Positions 1 to 9,372 of a DNA stretch of 64,000 nucleotides are shown in pieces. A program made the position numbers and the translations under genes. The notes under the pieces were generated by a model that did not search any database, had not been told where the DNA came from, and saw only the letters and a list, made by a program, of their open reading frames with translations. Every line of letters starts with the position of its first letter. Positions within the stretch are counted from its first letter, which is position 1. This DNA is from an uncultured Gemmatimonadales bacterium. GTDB lineage: Bacteria; Gemmatimonadota; Gemmatimonadetes; Gemmatimonadales; GWC2-71-9. The stretch is taken from assembly GCA_963730185.1 (NCBI GenBank), contig CAVSQW010000006.1:192001-256000 (forward strand), in the 5' to 3' direction.

Positions 1-739
1 ACTCCGTGGTCGACATGATCGACTTATGGGCGTCGTCGTAGGAGATTTCGTTCGAATCTGCGCCGGGCAGATGGTAGAACGCAGCACGGCCAGCCGCCGG
101 TGTCGTGGTGGTCCAGCCACTGTCCAGGCCCAGTGTCGCAAACAAAGAATCCTGGCTGGCCGGATGGAAGGCAATCTCACCCTTGGTGAGCGCTGGCCCG
201 ACGGCGTGCAAGGCGTCGCTGAGCACCAACCGGGTGGCATCGTTGTATTCGGAAGATTCAAGCTGGGCGATCCGCGATCCATATGAATGGCCGATCAGGT
301 TGATGACACGGAATTGCGCATGGAAGTGTTGCAGGATCTGGTGCAGCACAAAGGCGTCGGCGGACATAGTCACACTGGTACTCGGCAGTGGACTGCTCTT
401 GCCAATGCCTAGCCGGTCGTAGGAGAAGGTTGCCCTCCCCGCCTCGAGTGTGCGCCCCACGTAGGAGTACCGGGGGGCGTCATAGGGCAAATCCCAGTAC
501 GACCGATCGTATGTTGCGCCATGCACCAATACATCGAGGGCATGACTAGGGTTGGGTTTGGACGGTATACACAGGGTGCCGGATATCGTTTGACTGGCGG
601 GTTGGCCTGATGCCAACGATATACGCAGCATAAGTGGAGTACACCGCCCAGCCTTTGGCTGCTGCTGGCCGCCGGCTGCGGCGGCTGTCGCTGCGAAGGT
701 GCCGATGGCCAGCAATAGACTGCCGTAGACTCGCGTCAT
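1..739 (-). CDS. Secreted alpha/beta hydrolase (partial, runs off left edge)
   Basis: Own translation from ATG 739, which overlaps the upstream stop: signal-like MTRVYGSLLLAIGTFAATAAAAG, then LVHGATY, YDRLGIG and nucleophile elbow GHSYGS. Not in the ORF track. Confidence 0.8.
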   Translation of the reverse strand, partial: MTRVYGSLLLAIGTFAATAAAAGGQQQPKAGRCTPLMLRISLASGQPASQTISGTLCIPSKPNPSHALDVLVHGATYDRSYWDLPYDAPRYSYVGRTLEAGRATFSYDRLGIGKSSPLPSTSVTMSADAFVLHQILQHFHAQFRVINLIGHSYGSRIAQLESSEYNDATRLVLSDALHAVGPALTKGEIAFHPASQDSLFATLGLDSGWTTTTPAAGRAAFYHLPGADSNEISYDDAHKSIMSTTE

Positions 740-1812
740 GGTTCTCTCTCGATTGAATTGAATGAAACGCCGCCGCGAAGCCGCCACCAGGCGAGGTAGC
801 TCAACCCGAGCATCACGAGCAGCAACATCGCCTGACCCACCACATCGATCGGCGTCGAGGGCACACCCAGAGCGGTGCCGCCAAGTACCACCAAGCGGCG
901 CAAACTGATCCAGCCGTAAGTCAGGATTGCACCGGTCGATGCCGCGAGCGCATGCACCGGCCCCCAACCGACGCGGCGCGCCCACGCCGCGAACAGGGCG
1001 ATGGCCGCAGTCACGAGGCAGAGCAGCCCCGCGAGGCCGAGGTTCGCTTGCAGGCCGTGGCGCGGCGCGCATGCGAACCACAGCTGGAACGCGCTGCACA
1101 ACGCGAGCGCCGCAATCAGCACGAGCCATGCAGATGGTGCGGGGTGTGCCCGATTGGTGGATCCGCCAGTGTTGGGCCCCAATCGCGCGAACGCCAAAGT
1201 GATGACGACTGCCAGAACGATTGCAACGGACGCGAACTGACCGACGGAGGCGACGAAGGGAAATGTCCGGTGAGTGAAGGCTGTGGTCGCTATGCAGCCA
1301 GTACAAACAGCGCTGTGGTCGCAAGAAGGCCGGGGAAGTGCAACCATGGTTCACGCCAGCGCGAGCCCGCCAGCGCTTCCGCGTGTGCGACGGAACTGCC
1401 CACGCTCCATACCACGTGTAGGGTCAAGAGGTAAAAAGTGAAAGGGAACGACGTTCCGAGCGCAGGGATGAAGCCGTAGTCCAGGAGGTGCTGACCGGCA
1501 TAATTCGGATTGAAGAGGGTCTGGTTCGTAAGCCCTTCCTCGATCAGCGCATACGCCAATGCCAGGAGCAGCATAGTCGGCCAGCCACGGCGCGTTCGCC
1601 TGGTGATCTCGCGCACCAGCACGGCCCCGCCACCGTACTGCGGAATGAACACAAGGACGAAACCGATCTGCCGGATATTGAAATCGCCGAGCAGGAACTC
1701 CGCCAAGAGCGGCGCGATGATGAGGAGTGCAAGCGCCGGCGCAATCCGACAAAGAATCGTTATCCACTTCTTCGCGGATTCGCGGGTGCGAGGGTTTGCG
1801 ATCGTTATTCAT
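736..1812 (-). CDS. Multi-pass membrane protein, frameshifted
   Basis: ORFs 1290-1706 (AEFLLGD, YGGGAVLVRE, LIEEGL) and 736-1347 are consecutive hydrophobic segments of one gene. Confidence 0.65.
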
Positions 1813-2428
1813 CGCGCTCGCCTCCTGTGAAAGCGGTACCTGATCGAATCGCCGCCGGGTCCCAGGCAAGTTTGCCGTTACTCAGGTCGCCGATGAGGTT
1901 GCGCACCCACATCAGCTCCGCTTCCGTGACGGCCCGCATGTATTCCGATTCCAGCAGGAAGAGGCGCGGCACCGTGTCGGTGTGTTCCTCCATTATCGCC
2001 GCCAGGCTTTGCTGCTTGGTGTCCAGTGCGTCCGCTCTCCGGCTCAGGACCCTTCGGGCCGCCTCCGGCTCCAACAGGTAGATGAAGGAGAGGGCAGCAG
2101 GGAATTCCGGGAACTCGGAAGCCGGCGTAGCGAGCATCTCCCTCATCCCCGCGTGGAGCGACTTGCGACCCGCCTCTGTCAGCTGATAGACAGTCCGTTC
2201 TGGCCGACTCTCGGTCCGGGCGGTGCCTTGGACTTCGAGCAAGCCATCTCGCTGCAAGCGGCTGATTGTCTGGTAAAGGCTGGCCCGGTGGCGGACGTTG
2301 ACTATCTGATCGTTCCCCCGATCCCGGATCAGCTGTTGCATCCGGTAGGGGTACATGGGCGCCTCGTCCAGGAGGGCGAGCACTACCAAAGCGCGCGGCG
2401 GCAGGGGGGTGCGGCGTTTGCTCTTCAT
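1805..2428 (-). CDS. PadR family transcriptional regulator
   Basis: wHTH motifs LALLDEAPMYPY, SLYQTISRL, RPERTVYQLTEAGR. Confidence 0.9.
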   Translation of the reverse strand: MKSKRRTPLPPRALVVLALLDEAPMYPYRMQQLIRDRGNDQIVNVRHRASLYQTISRLQRDGLLEVQGTARTESRPERTVYQLTEAGRKSLHAGMREMLATPASEFPEFPAALSFIYLLEPEAARRVLSRRADALDTKQQSLAAIMEEHTDTVPRLFLLESEYMRAVTEAELMWVRNLIGDLSNGKLAWDPAAIRSGTAFTGGERDE

Positions 2429-2463
2429 AGTACTACTATTACTAGTCATGCTCTGACTGTCAA
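2429..2463 (-). promoter_or_regulatory. Probable leaderless padR promoter with operator inverted repeat
   Basis: Minus strand TTGACA-N17-AATAGT-N6-ATG, with inverted repeat AGTCA-N5-TGACT at 2444-2458. Confidence 0.6.
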
Positions 2464-2655
2464 GGGTTCGCTGCCCGCTACGACCTTGATCTCCCGGAGA
2501 CGCCCCTCTGGCCAGGTGCTCGGTGCTCGGGGATTGATGGGTTCAGCCGGTAGGCCAGTTGTGGCCGGCTTGCGATCATCCCCGAAGGGTCCTGCCTCGG
2601 GCTCTGTACGCGTCACGCTGTCGGTGCGCGTCTGGCGAACACCGTGCTACGCGTC

Positions 2656-2773
2656 ACCTAACCCGCGCTTGCTGCCGTCGAGGCCAGAGCGATTCGGCCG
2701 CCGCGATGTATGCTTTATTCAAGGATTGCGGCGGCCTCACCCGGCCTCGCGGCGGCAGCGCACGGCGTTAGGC
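2656..2773 (+). repeat. attC site (family A)
   Basis: ACCTAAC...GTTAGGC with internal inverted repeats; closely similar to 6052-6166. Confidence 0.9.
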
Positions 2774-2783
2774 GCACCAATCA

Positions 2784-3571
2784 ATGACGCTTATTCCCAA
2801 TGTCACGCAGTGGCTCGATGAGCAGGGGTTCGCACTCGAGATGCACGCGGCCGCCGCGTTTCGGGCCGCCGGCTTCACCATCCAGCAGGCTAGTCACTAC
2901 CCGGATCCAGAGACTGGCAAGGTGCGAGAGATCGACGTCCTCGCGGTCGACCCAGACGCCCTGGTTATCGTCGACATCGCCTTCGTCGTCGAATGCAAGG
3001 CGAGCAAGAAGCCATGGGCGTTGCTTTGCTCGCCCGACACCCTTGCCAGCTACAATCGAATATTTGCATTCGGCACGCTTTCGCAGGAAGCGATTGCCGC
3101 CGTGGCGGATCGCGTGCCGGATGTGATCGAGCGGCGGCCGTGGCTGCGGAAGGACATTGTCGCCGCGTACTCGGTCCGGCATGCCTTTCTCTGACCGTGA
3201 TGTGGCGTACGAAGCCGCCATCGCCGTAGCCAAGGCCTCCGCGGTTCGCGCGCGAAAGGACGGGCCCACGCATGGGCGACCCTATGGGTTCGCGTTTTCC
3301 AGTGATCGCGGTCGACTCCCCCTTGGTCGCCTGTACCCTCACCGAAGAGGGCGGTATCAATGGCGTCGCAGTACATGAGGGCGAGTGGCTCTTCTTTGCC
3401 CAGCTTCCCGAGTACTTCGGCACGTGCATTCGGATTCTATCGCGGAAGCGCTTGCCGTCGTTCGCCCAGGAAGCGCGGGCGTTTGCATCCGTGATCAGAC
3501 AAGAACTGCAACCGGAATCGCGTAATGGCGTCCTGGCAGCAAGGCCGCCGCCCGGGCGCCTAACCCATTGA
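2784..3571 (+). CDS. Cassette protein, PD-(D/E)XK nuclease-like, frameshifted
   Basis: Motifs GFALE, REIDVLA, VVECK; split across ORFs 2784-3194, 3157-3378 and 3272-3571. Confidence 0.6.
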
Positions 3572-3705
3572 TGGAGACTGACGAGGCCGCCCGGCCATCG
3601 TGCCATGCCAGTGGCGTCGCAGGCGCCGCCGCTCCATATTGGTCGGACGGCTGCGGCGGCGCCTGCACGTGGCGGCCTCGCGGCTCATCAAATTGGCCGT
3701 TATAC
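3558..3705 (+). repeat. attC site
   Basis: GCCTAAC...GTTATAC; arms CGAGGCCGCC/GGCGGCCTCG and TTGATG/CATCAA. Confidence 0.85.
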
Positions 3706-3784
3706 GGCCCACCGGGGTATCCCACCCGCCCGTCGGGGCGGAGCTCCGGCCGGAGACCCCTTTGCGAGCATCAAGGCAACGCCA

Positions 3785-3976
3785 ATGACATGGACCGCGG
3801 AGCAGCGTGCCGAGTTGGCGCGCGAGTATGACCGGATAGGATACGTAGCTGCCGACCGCTGGCCCGCGCCGCCGCCCGAACTCGGCCCGGAAGAGTTGCT
3901 CGCACTTTTGCGCTCCGTGGAGTCCGGTACGGGTCGAGCGGGTTGGGAGGCGGCGCTGGCCCGGCGAGCCCCGTAA
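3785..3976 (+). CDS. Small cassette protein (63 aa), hypothetical
   Basis: MTWTAEQRAELAREYDRIGY..., preceded by AAGG and lying between two attC sites. Confidence 0.55.
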   Translation: MTWTAEQRAELAREYDRIGYVAADRWPAPPPELGPEELLALLRSVESGTGRAGWEAALARRAP

Positions 3977-4114
3977 GGCTTGAGCAGTGCACCTCCGCTC
4001 GATCCTGGCGGGTCTGTTCATAGGCCCGGTGCCAGGGCCGGGCACCCAGGCCGCCGATCCTCAGCCTTCCTCGCCCGTCCTGGCGATCCTTCGGCGAGCA
4101 CTATTGCCAGTGCC

Positions 4115-4253
4115 GTATAGCCCAGTGTTGCAGGCGGACGGGCGCCCGACCATCCCGTTGCGAAGTCGCTGGCGCGCCCCAATGTTATCGGGGGACGGCG
4201 CGGCCGCTCAGCCCCGATGCGGCGCCCGACCGTTGAACACTAAGGCGTTAGGC
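4115..4253 (+). repeat. attC site (family B), R'' AAC->AGC
   Basis: GTATAGC...GTTAGGC; R'' mirrors the unusual upstream core GTTATAC; arms GGGCGCC/GGCGCCC. Confidence 0.8.
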
Positions 4254-4280
4254 CGCAGGCCTTAGACTCCGCGTTACCGC

Positions 4281-5064
4281 ATGGCTATTCCGCCGGGTCC
4301 CTGGCGCCTGATCGTCCCGGCTGAGGCTTTCGCCATGTTGCGGTCAGACAAGGAATTCCTCTTCCTTGCAACGTTGTCGCGCATGGTCAACGCCGCCAAG
4401 TTCGGCGTGTCGGCAATGAACGAGCACCGCGGGGGTGGAGGCGCCCGCCGCGGATCGACAGCGGATGGGGGCGTTCCTGTACACGGCCGGAGTCATCAAC
4501 GAGCTGACCGAGTTTGTACGTAGCCACAAAGAGGTGGGGGGAGGCCTAATGGCGTTCGAACGGGCCTTCAACCTCGTAGACGAGGGTCGCGTCGAGGACG
4601 CCACCCGACATGTCCTCCACGTGATTCGCAACCGGCAGGCGTTTCACTTCGACCCGACGGTTGCCGAGCGTGTCATTCCACGCCTGCCGCCGGATGACTA
4701 CCCACTCGTCGTGGGCCACGGACCGGAACGCCTGGCAGCCAACTATGAGCTTGCCGACATCGCGACGATAGCCTTCGTGTTCGGGCACCTTGACAACGTT
4801 GCCAAGCTCTACGAAGAGTTTGAGCGCTTCTGCGATGACCTCAGCCGCCTTGTCATTCGTTTCATTGAGGCTGCGGACGACGTCATCATTGAGCGGCTCC
4901 TGGCCAGGGGTGGGACGAGTCGGGAGCGCACTCCGGAACCACCGTCTTCGACATCCTTGCAGACGGACGGGCGCCCCGGTCTCCGCTTGCCGAGTCGCGG
5001 CCGCGCCCCGATCTTGGTTGGAGGATGGCGCGGCCGCTCAGTTCGGTGCGGCGCCCGCCGCTGA
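4281..5064 (+). CDS. Cassette protein, HEPN-like, frameshifted, reads through into attC
   Basis: ORFs 4281-4523 plus 4435-5064; helical protein with RNRQAFH (Rx5H) motif. Confidence 0.55.
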
Positions 5065-5081
5065 AGCATCGAGCGTTTGGC
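4946..5081 (+). repeat. Degenerate attC (family B)
   Basis: Homologous to 4115-4253; R'' decayed (CTTCGAC); core GTTTGGC. Confidence 0.7.
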
Positions 5082-5108
5082 GGCAACGCCTGACACCAGA
5101 GAGGTCCC

Positions 5109-5498
5109 ATGAGGACTTTGGATCGGGCATTTGGCTGGCTCCTGGTGGTTAACGGCTGCGTTCATGCGGTCGGTGCCTGGAATGCCAATCATGCGAATCC
5201 CAGCGTTCTCTTGTGGGCGTTAACAGGTTCCCTCGCGGCGGTTCTCATCGCCGCAATCAACCTGCTGCGCGCCGAGCGTCCCCATGATCGCCCGCTTGCC
5301 TGGCTCGGTCTTGCGGGGTCTCTCGCGTGGCTCGCCGTCGCTCTCAGCGTCGGGAAGCTCATCGGCAACGTCCTCGACATCCGGGTGGTCAGTAACGCGT
5401 TGAACGCCGTGGTGCTGGCCGCGATGAGCATCCGATCGCTAAGGAGTGGTTCCCGCGTGCTGCGGTCGGGGCCAGACGCGCCGCGGCCGCCGCGTTAG
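5109..5498 (+). CDS. Small membrane protein (about 4 TM), cassette-borne
   Basis: Hydrophobic ORF with GAGG RBS; C-terminus extends into a degenerate attC. Confidence 0.7.
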   Translation: MRTLDRAFGWLLVVNGCVHAVGAWNANHANPSVLLWALTGSLAAVLIAAINLLRAERPHDRPLAWLGLAGSLAWLAVALSVGKLIGNVLDIRVVSNALNAVVLAAMSIRSLRSGSRVLRSGPDAPRPPR

Positions 5499-5559
5499 AT
5501 AGGTTTGGGGATGGCGGCGGCCTCACCTGGCCTCGCGGCAGAAGCGCAGGGCGTTAGGC
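5445..5559 (+). repeat. Degenerate attC (family A)
   Basis: Right arm GCGGCGGCCTCACCTGGCCTCGCGGCAGAAGCGCAGGGCGTT is identical to that of the 6052 site; R'' lost; left boundary approximate. Confidence 0.75.
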
Positions 5560-5575
5560 GGCCGCGCCTTCACCG

Positions 5576-6043
5576 GTGATAAGGATGATTCGCTCCAGCA
5601 TCGACATCAATCGTTCGCCCCATGATGCATTCGCATACGTCGAGGAACTAGACCGACACGGCGACTGGCAGGATGCGATCATCACCGCCCGGAAGGAACC
5701 GTCCGGTCCAACTCGGCTCGCCACCCACAACATCGAAAGGCGACGCATCCCCGGTGGGCCGAGGGAAAGCGAATCCGAGATGTGCGAATACGATCCGCCG
5801 CGCCGGATTGCGGCGAAGGGCGTGAACGGGCCAGTACGCGCGATCGTCGTGATCTCCATCGAACCGCTCGACGGCGGTTCCCGCTCGCGATTCATCATGG
5901 AACTAACTCTGGTGGGGCGTGGTATCGGTAGACTGTTTGCGCTGTTCGCGCGGCGCTCGGCTCGTCAGCAAGTCCCGCGCGATCAACGTCGGTTGAAAGG
6001 TCTCTTGGAGAGTGGTCGAGATTCGGCCTCTGCCTCCGAATGA
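5576..6043 (+). CDS. SRPBCC (polyketide cyclase/dehydrase) family protein
   Basis: Motifs SIDINRSPHDAFAYV, EYDPPRRI, DQRRLKGLLE. Confidence 0.85.
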   Translation: MIRMIRSSIDINRSPHDAFAYVEELDRHGDWQDAIITARKEPSGPTRLATHNIERRRIPGGPRESESEMCEYDPPRRIAAKGVNGPVRAIVVISIEPLDGGSRSRFIMELTLVGRGIGRLFALFARRSARQQVPRDQRRLKGLLESGRDSASASE

Positions 6044-6051
6044 CATCGGCC

Positions 6052-6166
6052 ACCTAACCCCGCGCTTGCTGCCGTCGAGGCCACGGCGGTTCGGCCGCCG
6101 CGATGTACTTTCCATCTAAGGACTGCGGCGGCCTCACCTGGCCTCGCGGCAGAAGCGCAGGGCGTT
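6052..6166 (+). repeat. attC site (family A) interrupted in its core by an IS
   Basis: ACCTAAC...GTT; the core is completed by AGAC at 7106-7109 on the far side of the IS. Confidence 0.85.
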
Positions 6167-6269
6167 GATATGACTGGGCTGCTGTCAAGGACCGTGATCT
6201 TCACGCGCGCATGGACTCATCCTCTCGCTCAGCGGGTTGGAGACGAGGGGACGACGGGGCCGGAGCTGG

Positions 6270-6420
6270 TTCGCCGATCATCCTGCTGATATACGCCGGT
6301 CAGCGGATCCGCTCGCCGGAGCGGCACGAAGTGGATGCGTCGGGAGCGACCTCGGTCTAGGCACTCGGGTTCCGTTGGGCTGCCACGTACCGGATAACGT
6401 ACGACGAGGGTTCCCCCAGA
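6270..6420 (-). ncRNA. Putative bridge/seek RNA of the IS1111 element (ends approximate)
   Basis: Non-coding region downstream of tnp; two stem-closed internal loops carry short matches to the attC core and the IS circle junction. Confidence 0.6.
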
Positions 6421-6449
6421 TCGTGCCCCGGACACCCGCCGTCACGACG

Positions 6450-6986
6450 TCAGACCACCACCGGGCCGGGCTCGAGCCAGGCGAGATGCCGCGGGCCCCA
6501 GTGGGGGCCTTCGCGATAGATCAGGCCCCGGCGGGTCAGGAACTTGAGCAGGTAGTGCTTCGACTGGAGGAGCTCGCGTTGGAGCGTCTCCGGGCACCGC
6601 ACCAGATCGCGGACCTGTTCTTCGGCGGCGCTCGGTACCCGCACGGCGGTCAGCTCGCCGGCGCGGAAGAGCCGGACCAGCTGGGTCGCGTCGTACCGGT
6701 CGTGCTTGCGGTGGATGCCGGGTTTGGTGGGGATCAACGACGGGGCGATCACGGTGCAGGCGTGGCCCCAGCTCGTCAGGGCCCGATACAGCACGAACCC
6801 GGCCCCGCTGGCCTCGTAGCACACGTGGAGCGCCCCCTGGGTCGCCAGCCGGGCGAGGTAGCGTTGGAGGACCTTCGGCTCGTTCGGCAGGCGGTTCACC
6901 CTCGACGGGACCGCATCGCCGGTCGGCAGGACGGCCACGGTGATCGATGCCTGGTGTACATCCATCCCGACGTAGATATTAGACAT
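6450..6986 (-). pseudogene. IS110 transposase, N-terminal DEDD/RuvC domain only
   Basis: Motifs VGMDVHQ, VCYEA, KHDRYDA; stops at 178 aa without the C-terminal domain. Confidence 0.85.
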
Positions 6987-7132
6987 GGGCTGGTTCCTCC
7001 GACTGGCTGCGACGGTGGGTCGCGTCGCATGTGGCTCTGGCGACTTCGGGGATCCCGAAGGAGCTAACCCACGGCGCTTCGGGGGCCAGCCCAGTCATAA
7101 CTTCTAGACAGCACTCAATCAGTGGTCAGGCC

Positions 7133-7882
7133 GTGGATCAGGGTTCGTTCTACGATGACATCGCCGGGTACTACGACCTGATCTATGCGGATTGGGATGA
7201 AAGCATGCGGCGCCACGGTGCGGCTATTTCTACCATGCTTGGCAGTGCCCCGCCCCACGCGCGCATCCTTGATGTCTCGGCGGGAATCGGAACTCAGGCG
7301 CTGCCGCTCGCCTCAATGGGCTACGACGTCGTCGCCAGAGACTTGAGTCCCGGCGCTATCCGCAGGCTTCAACGGGAGGCACAGGACCGAGGGCTCTCAA
7401 TCGACGCCGCGCCCTCTGATATGCGCGACGTTGCTCGTTCGGTCGACGGACTTTTCGACGCCGTGATTTCGTTCGACAATTCGGTTCCCCATCTGCTGAC
7501 GGATGCTGACATCACCGCGACCCTTCGGGGCCTCAGCGAAGTGTTGGTTCCCGGTGGAGTCATTCTCCTGTCCGTCCGGGACTATGATGGGGTGGACCGA
7601 TCCCCGACTTCGATCCATCGGTATGGGGAGCGAACTCGTCAGGGCTCCCGGTACAGGATGAGCCAGGAGTGGGAGTGGTATGACCCTTCGCACTACCGGA
7701 CGACCATGATCATCGAACGGGAGCAGGAGAAGCGGTGGAGGGAAGTCGTCCGTACCGTGGCCGCGTACCACGCCATTTCGATCCCGCGGCTCCTTGAACT
7801 CATGGAGGGCGTCGGACTTGATGCGCGGCGCGTCGAAGAACCGCCGTTCTTCCAACCCGTCTTGCGTGGACGTGCTGCCTAA
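7133..7882 (+). CDS. Class I SAM-dependent methyltransferase
   Basis: ILDVSAGIGTQ motif I and NSVPHL; GTG start lies after the IS end; the TAA stop lies in attC R''. Confidence 0.85.
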   Translation: MDQGSFYDDIAGYYDLIYADWDESMRRHGAAISTMLGSAPPHARILDVSAGIGTQALPLASMGYDVVARDLSPGAIRRLQREAQDRGLSIDAAPSDMRDVARSVDGLFDAVISFDNSVPHLLTDADITATLRGLSEVLVPGGVILLSVRDYDGVDRSPTSIHRYGERTRQGSRYRMSQEWEWYDPSHYRTTMIIEREQEKRWREVVRTVAAYHAISIPRLLELMEGVGLDARRVEEPPFFQPVLRGRAA

Positions 7883-7993
7883 CGATGGTTTGCTGCTGAC
7901 AGGGTAGGCTGCGAGGTCCGGCAGCACTCGCCTGGCGGCTCGCGCCGCGGGTCGGCATCATGCTCCTGCAGCAGAAACCCAGCGTCGTTGGGC
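7877..7993 (+). repeat. attC site
   Basis: GCCTAAC...GTTGGGC; arms GGTTTGCTGC/GCAGCAGAAACC. Confidence 0.85.
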
Positions 7994-8063
7994 GGTGGGA
8001 CGAGACCATAGCAGCGAATGATCCGGCTGCCATGGCTTGACAGCGTCGAGGAACGGACTGTGC

Positions 8064-8576
8064 ATGATCATCGTTCTCAACGGACCGCTCGGCATAGGAA
8101 AGTCAACGCTGGCCGAGGCGCTCGCCGAGGGTATCCACCAGTGCGTGATGCTGGACGGCGACCATCTCGTGGCAGCAAATCCGCCGCCAGCGGATGAGAT
8201 CGGCCATTTGCATTCGACGATCGCGCTGCTCGTCGCGCACCATCGGCGTTTTGGCTATCGCCACTTCGTGATCAATCACCTCTGGCGCACGCCCGGAGCG
8301 CTCACCGACCTGCGCCGCAGGCTTCGCGATGTCGACGCCGATGCGGACATCCGCTGTCTTCTCCTCACCCTTCCGCTTGAGGAGAATCTTCGCCGAATCC
8401 AGCGACGCCAGAATGCACGGGCACTCGACGAGCAGCAGTTCGAGCTGCGGACTGTCGCGGAAGAACGGGAAGCCCTGTCCAAGAATACCGGCGACAGTCT
8501 GGGCATGCCGTTCGATGTCTCGGCACCCCCGGCGGATCTCGTCGCGACTCTCTTGCTCCGCCTTGCGCCATCATGA
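8064..8576 (+). CDS. P-loop nucleotide kinase / AAA family protein
   Basis: Walker A in MIIVLNGPLGIGKST; LDGD. Confidence 0.85.
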   Translation: MIIVLNGPLGIGKSTLAEALAEGIHQCVMLDGDHLVAANPPPADEIGHLHSTIALLVAHHRRFGYRHFVINHLWRTPGALTDLRRRLRDVDADADIRCLLLTLPLEENLRRIQRRQNARALDEQQFELRTVAEEREALSKNTGDSLGMPFDVSAPPADLVATLLLRLAPS

Positions 8577-8619
8577 GGCCGCGAGTCTCCAGAGGTAATC
8601 AGGTGGCGGCGGAGACGCC

Positions 8620-8685
8620 TCCTAGCAAGCCGATGGAGTTGCCGCTCGCCTTCGGCGCCCGCAGCTTATCGGCATGGCGTTAGAC
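8620..8685 (+). repeat. Short attC, R'' degenerate
   Basis: TCCTAGC...GTTAGAC; arms GCCGAT/ATCGGC. Confidence 0.7.
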
Positions 8686-8712
8686 TGACGATAGACCGGA
8701 GGAACAATCTTG

Positions 8713-9372
8713 ATGAAGAGTAGCCGTCTTGGCGCATGGATACTGGCGAATTTCTTGGCGTTCGGTGTCGCCACGGTCGCCACCTTGCAGGTGGCGATGT
8801 TTGTCGAGTACGGGTTCGACTTTGACAAGCACTGGGCCTTTCTCCCGCCAGACCAGAGCGTTGGGGCCTATGCCGCGAGAGTCGTTGGCCCGCTCGTGGG
8901 TGGGCTGATACTCGGCTCCGCTCAGGCTTTTGTTCTGCGACCCAGCTTGCGACGGGTGGCGTCTTGGATTCTCGCGACGGCCGCAGGGTTCGGCGTGGTG
9001 GGCCTGATGATCTGGCCGCTCATGGCCACGAACATATGGGGACGGATTCCGGGTCCCGTGGAACCCATCATCGGCACGGTGGGCAGTTGTAGCATTGCCG
9101 GCGTGTTTCAGCACCTGATGCTTCGGCGTCGCCGGAGGACCTCGTCGAAGTGGTTGTTGCTTTGGATTGTCGGATTGGTCGCGAGCCTGGTTCCGACCGC
9201 GTTGACGTTCTTCTTGCTCGAAGGTCCTCTCGGTCTATCTTTGGCGATGCCGGTTCAGGTCTTCCTCAGTGGCTTCATGGTGGCGGGCGTGGCAGCCGCA
9301 ATCAGCGGGAAAGCTCTGTTCAATGCCTTGGGGGCTCCGCTTGTCGCCGCCGATGCCCAGTCGACCGTCTAA
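8713..9372 (+). CDS. Multi-pass membrane protein, cassette-borne
   Basis: GGAGG RBS; about 6 hydrophobic segments; stop in R'' GTCTAAC. Confidence 0.8.
   Translation: MKSSRLGAWILANFLAFGVATVATLQVAMFVEYGFDFDKHWAFLPPDQSVGAYAARVVGPLVGGLILGSAQAFVLRPSLRRVASWILATAAGFGVVGLMIWPLMATNIWGRIPGPVEPIIGTVGSCSIAGVFQHLMLRRRRRTSSKWLLLWIVGLVASLVPTALTFFLLEGPLGLSLAMPVQVFLSGFMVAGVAAAISGKALFNALGAPLVAADAQSTV

Larger units (their letters stand above)
6167..7105 (-). mobile_element. IS110 family, IS1111-group element, internally deleted
   Basis: Sub-terminal 12-bp IRs ATGACTGGGCTG (6170-6181) and CAGCCCAGTCAT (7087-7098), 3 and 7 nt from the ends; no target duplication; removal restores GTTAGAC. Confidence 0.85.

Noticed and set aside
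7031..7132. N-terminal extension of the methyltransferase
   Set aside because: Mostly within the IS end; GTG 7133 is the more plausible start.
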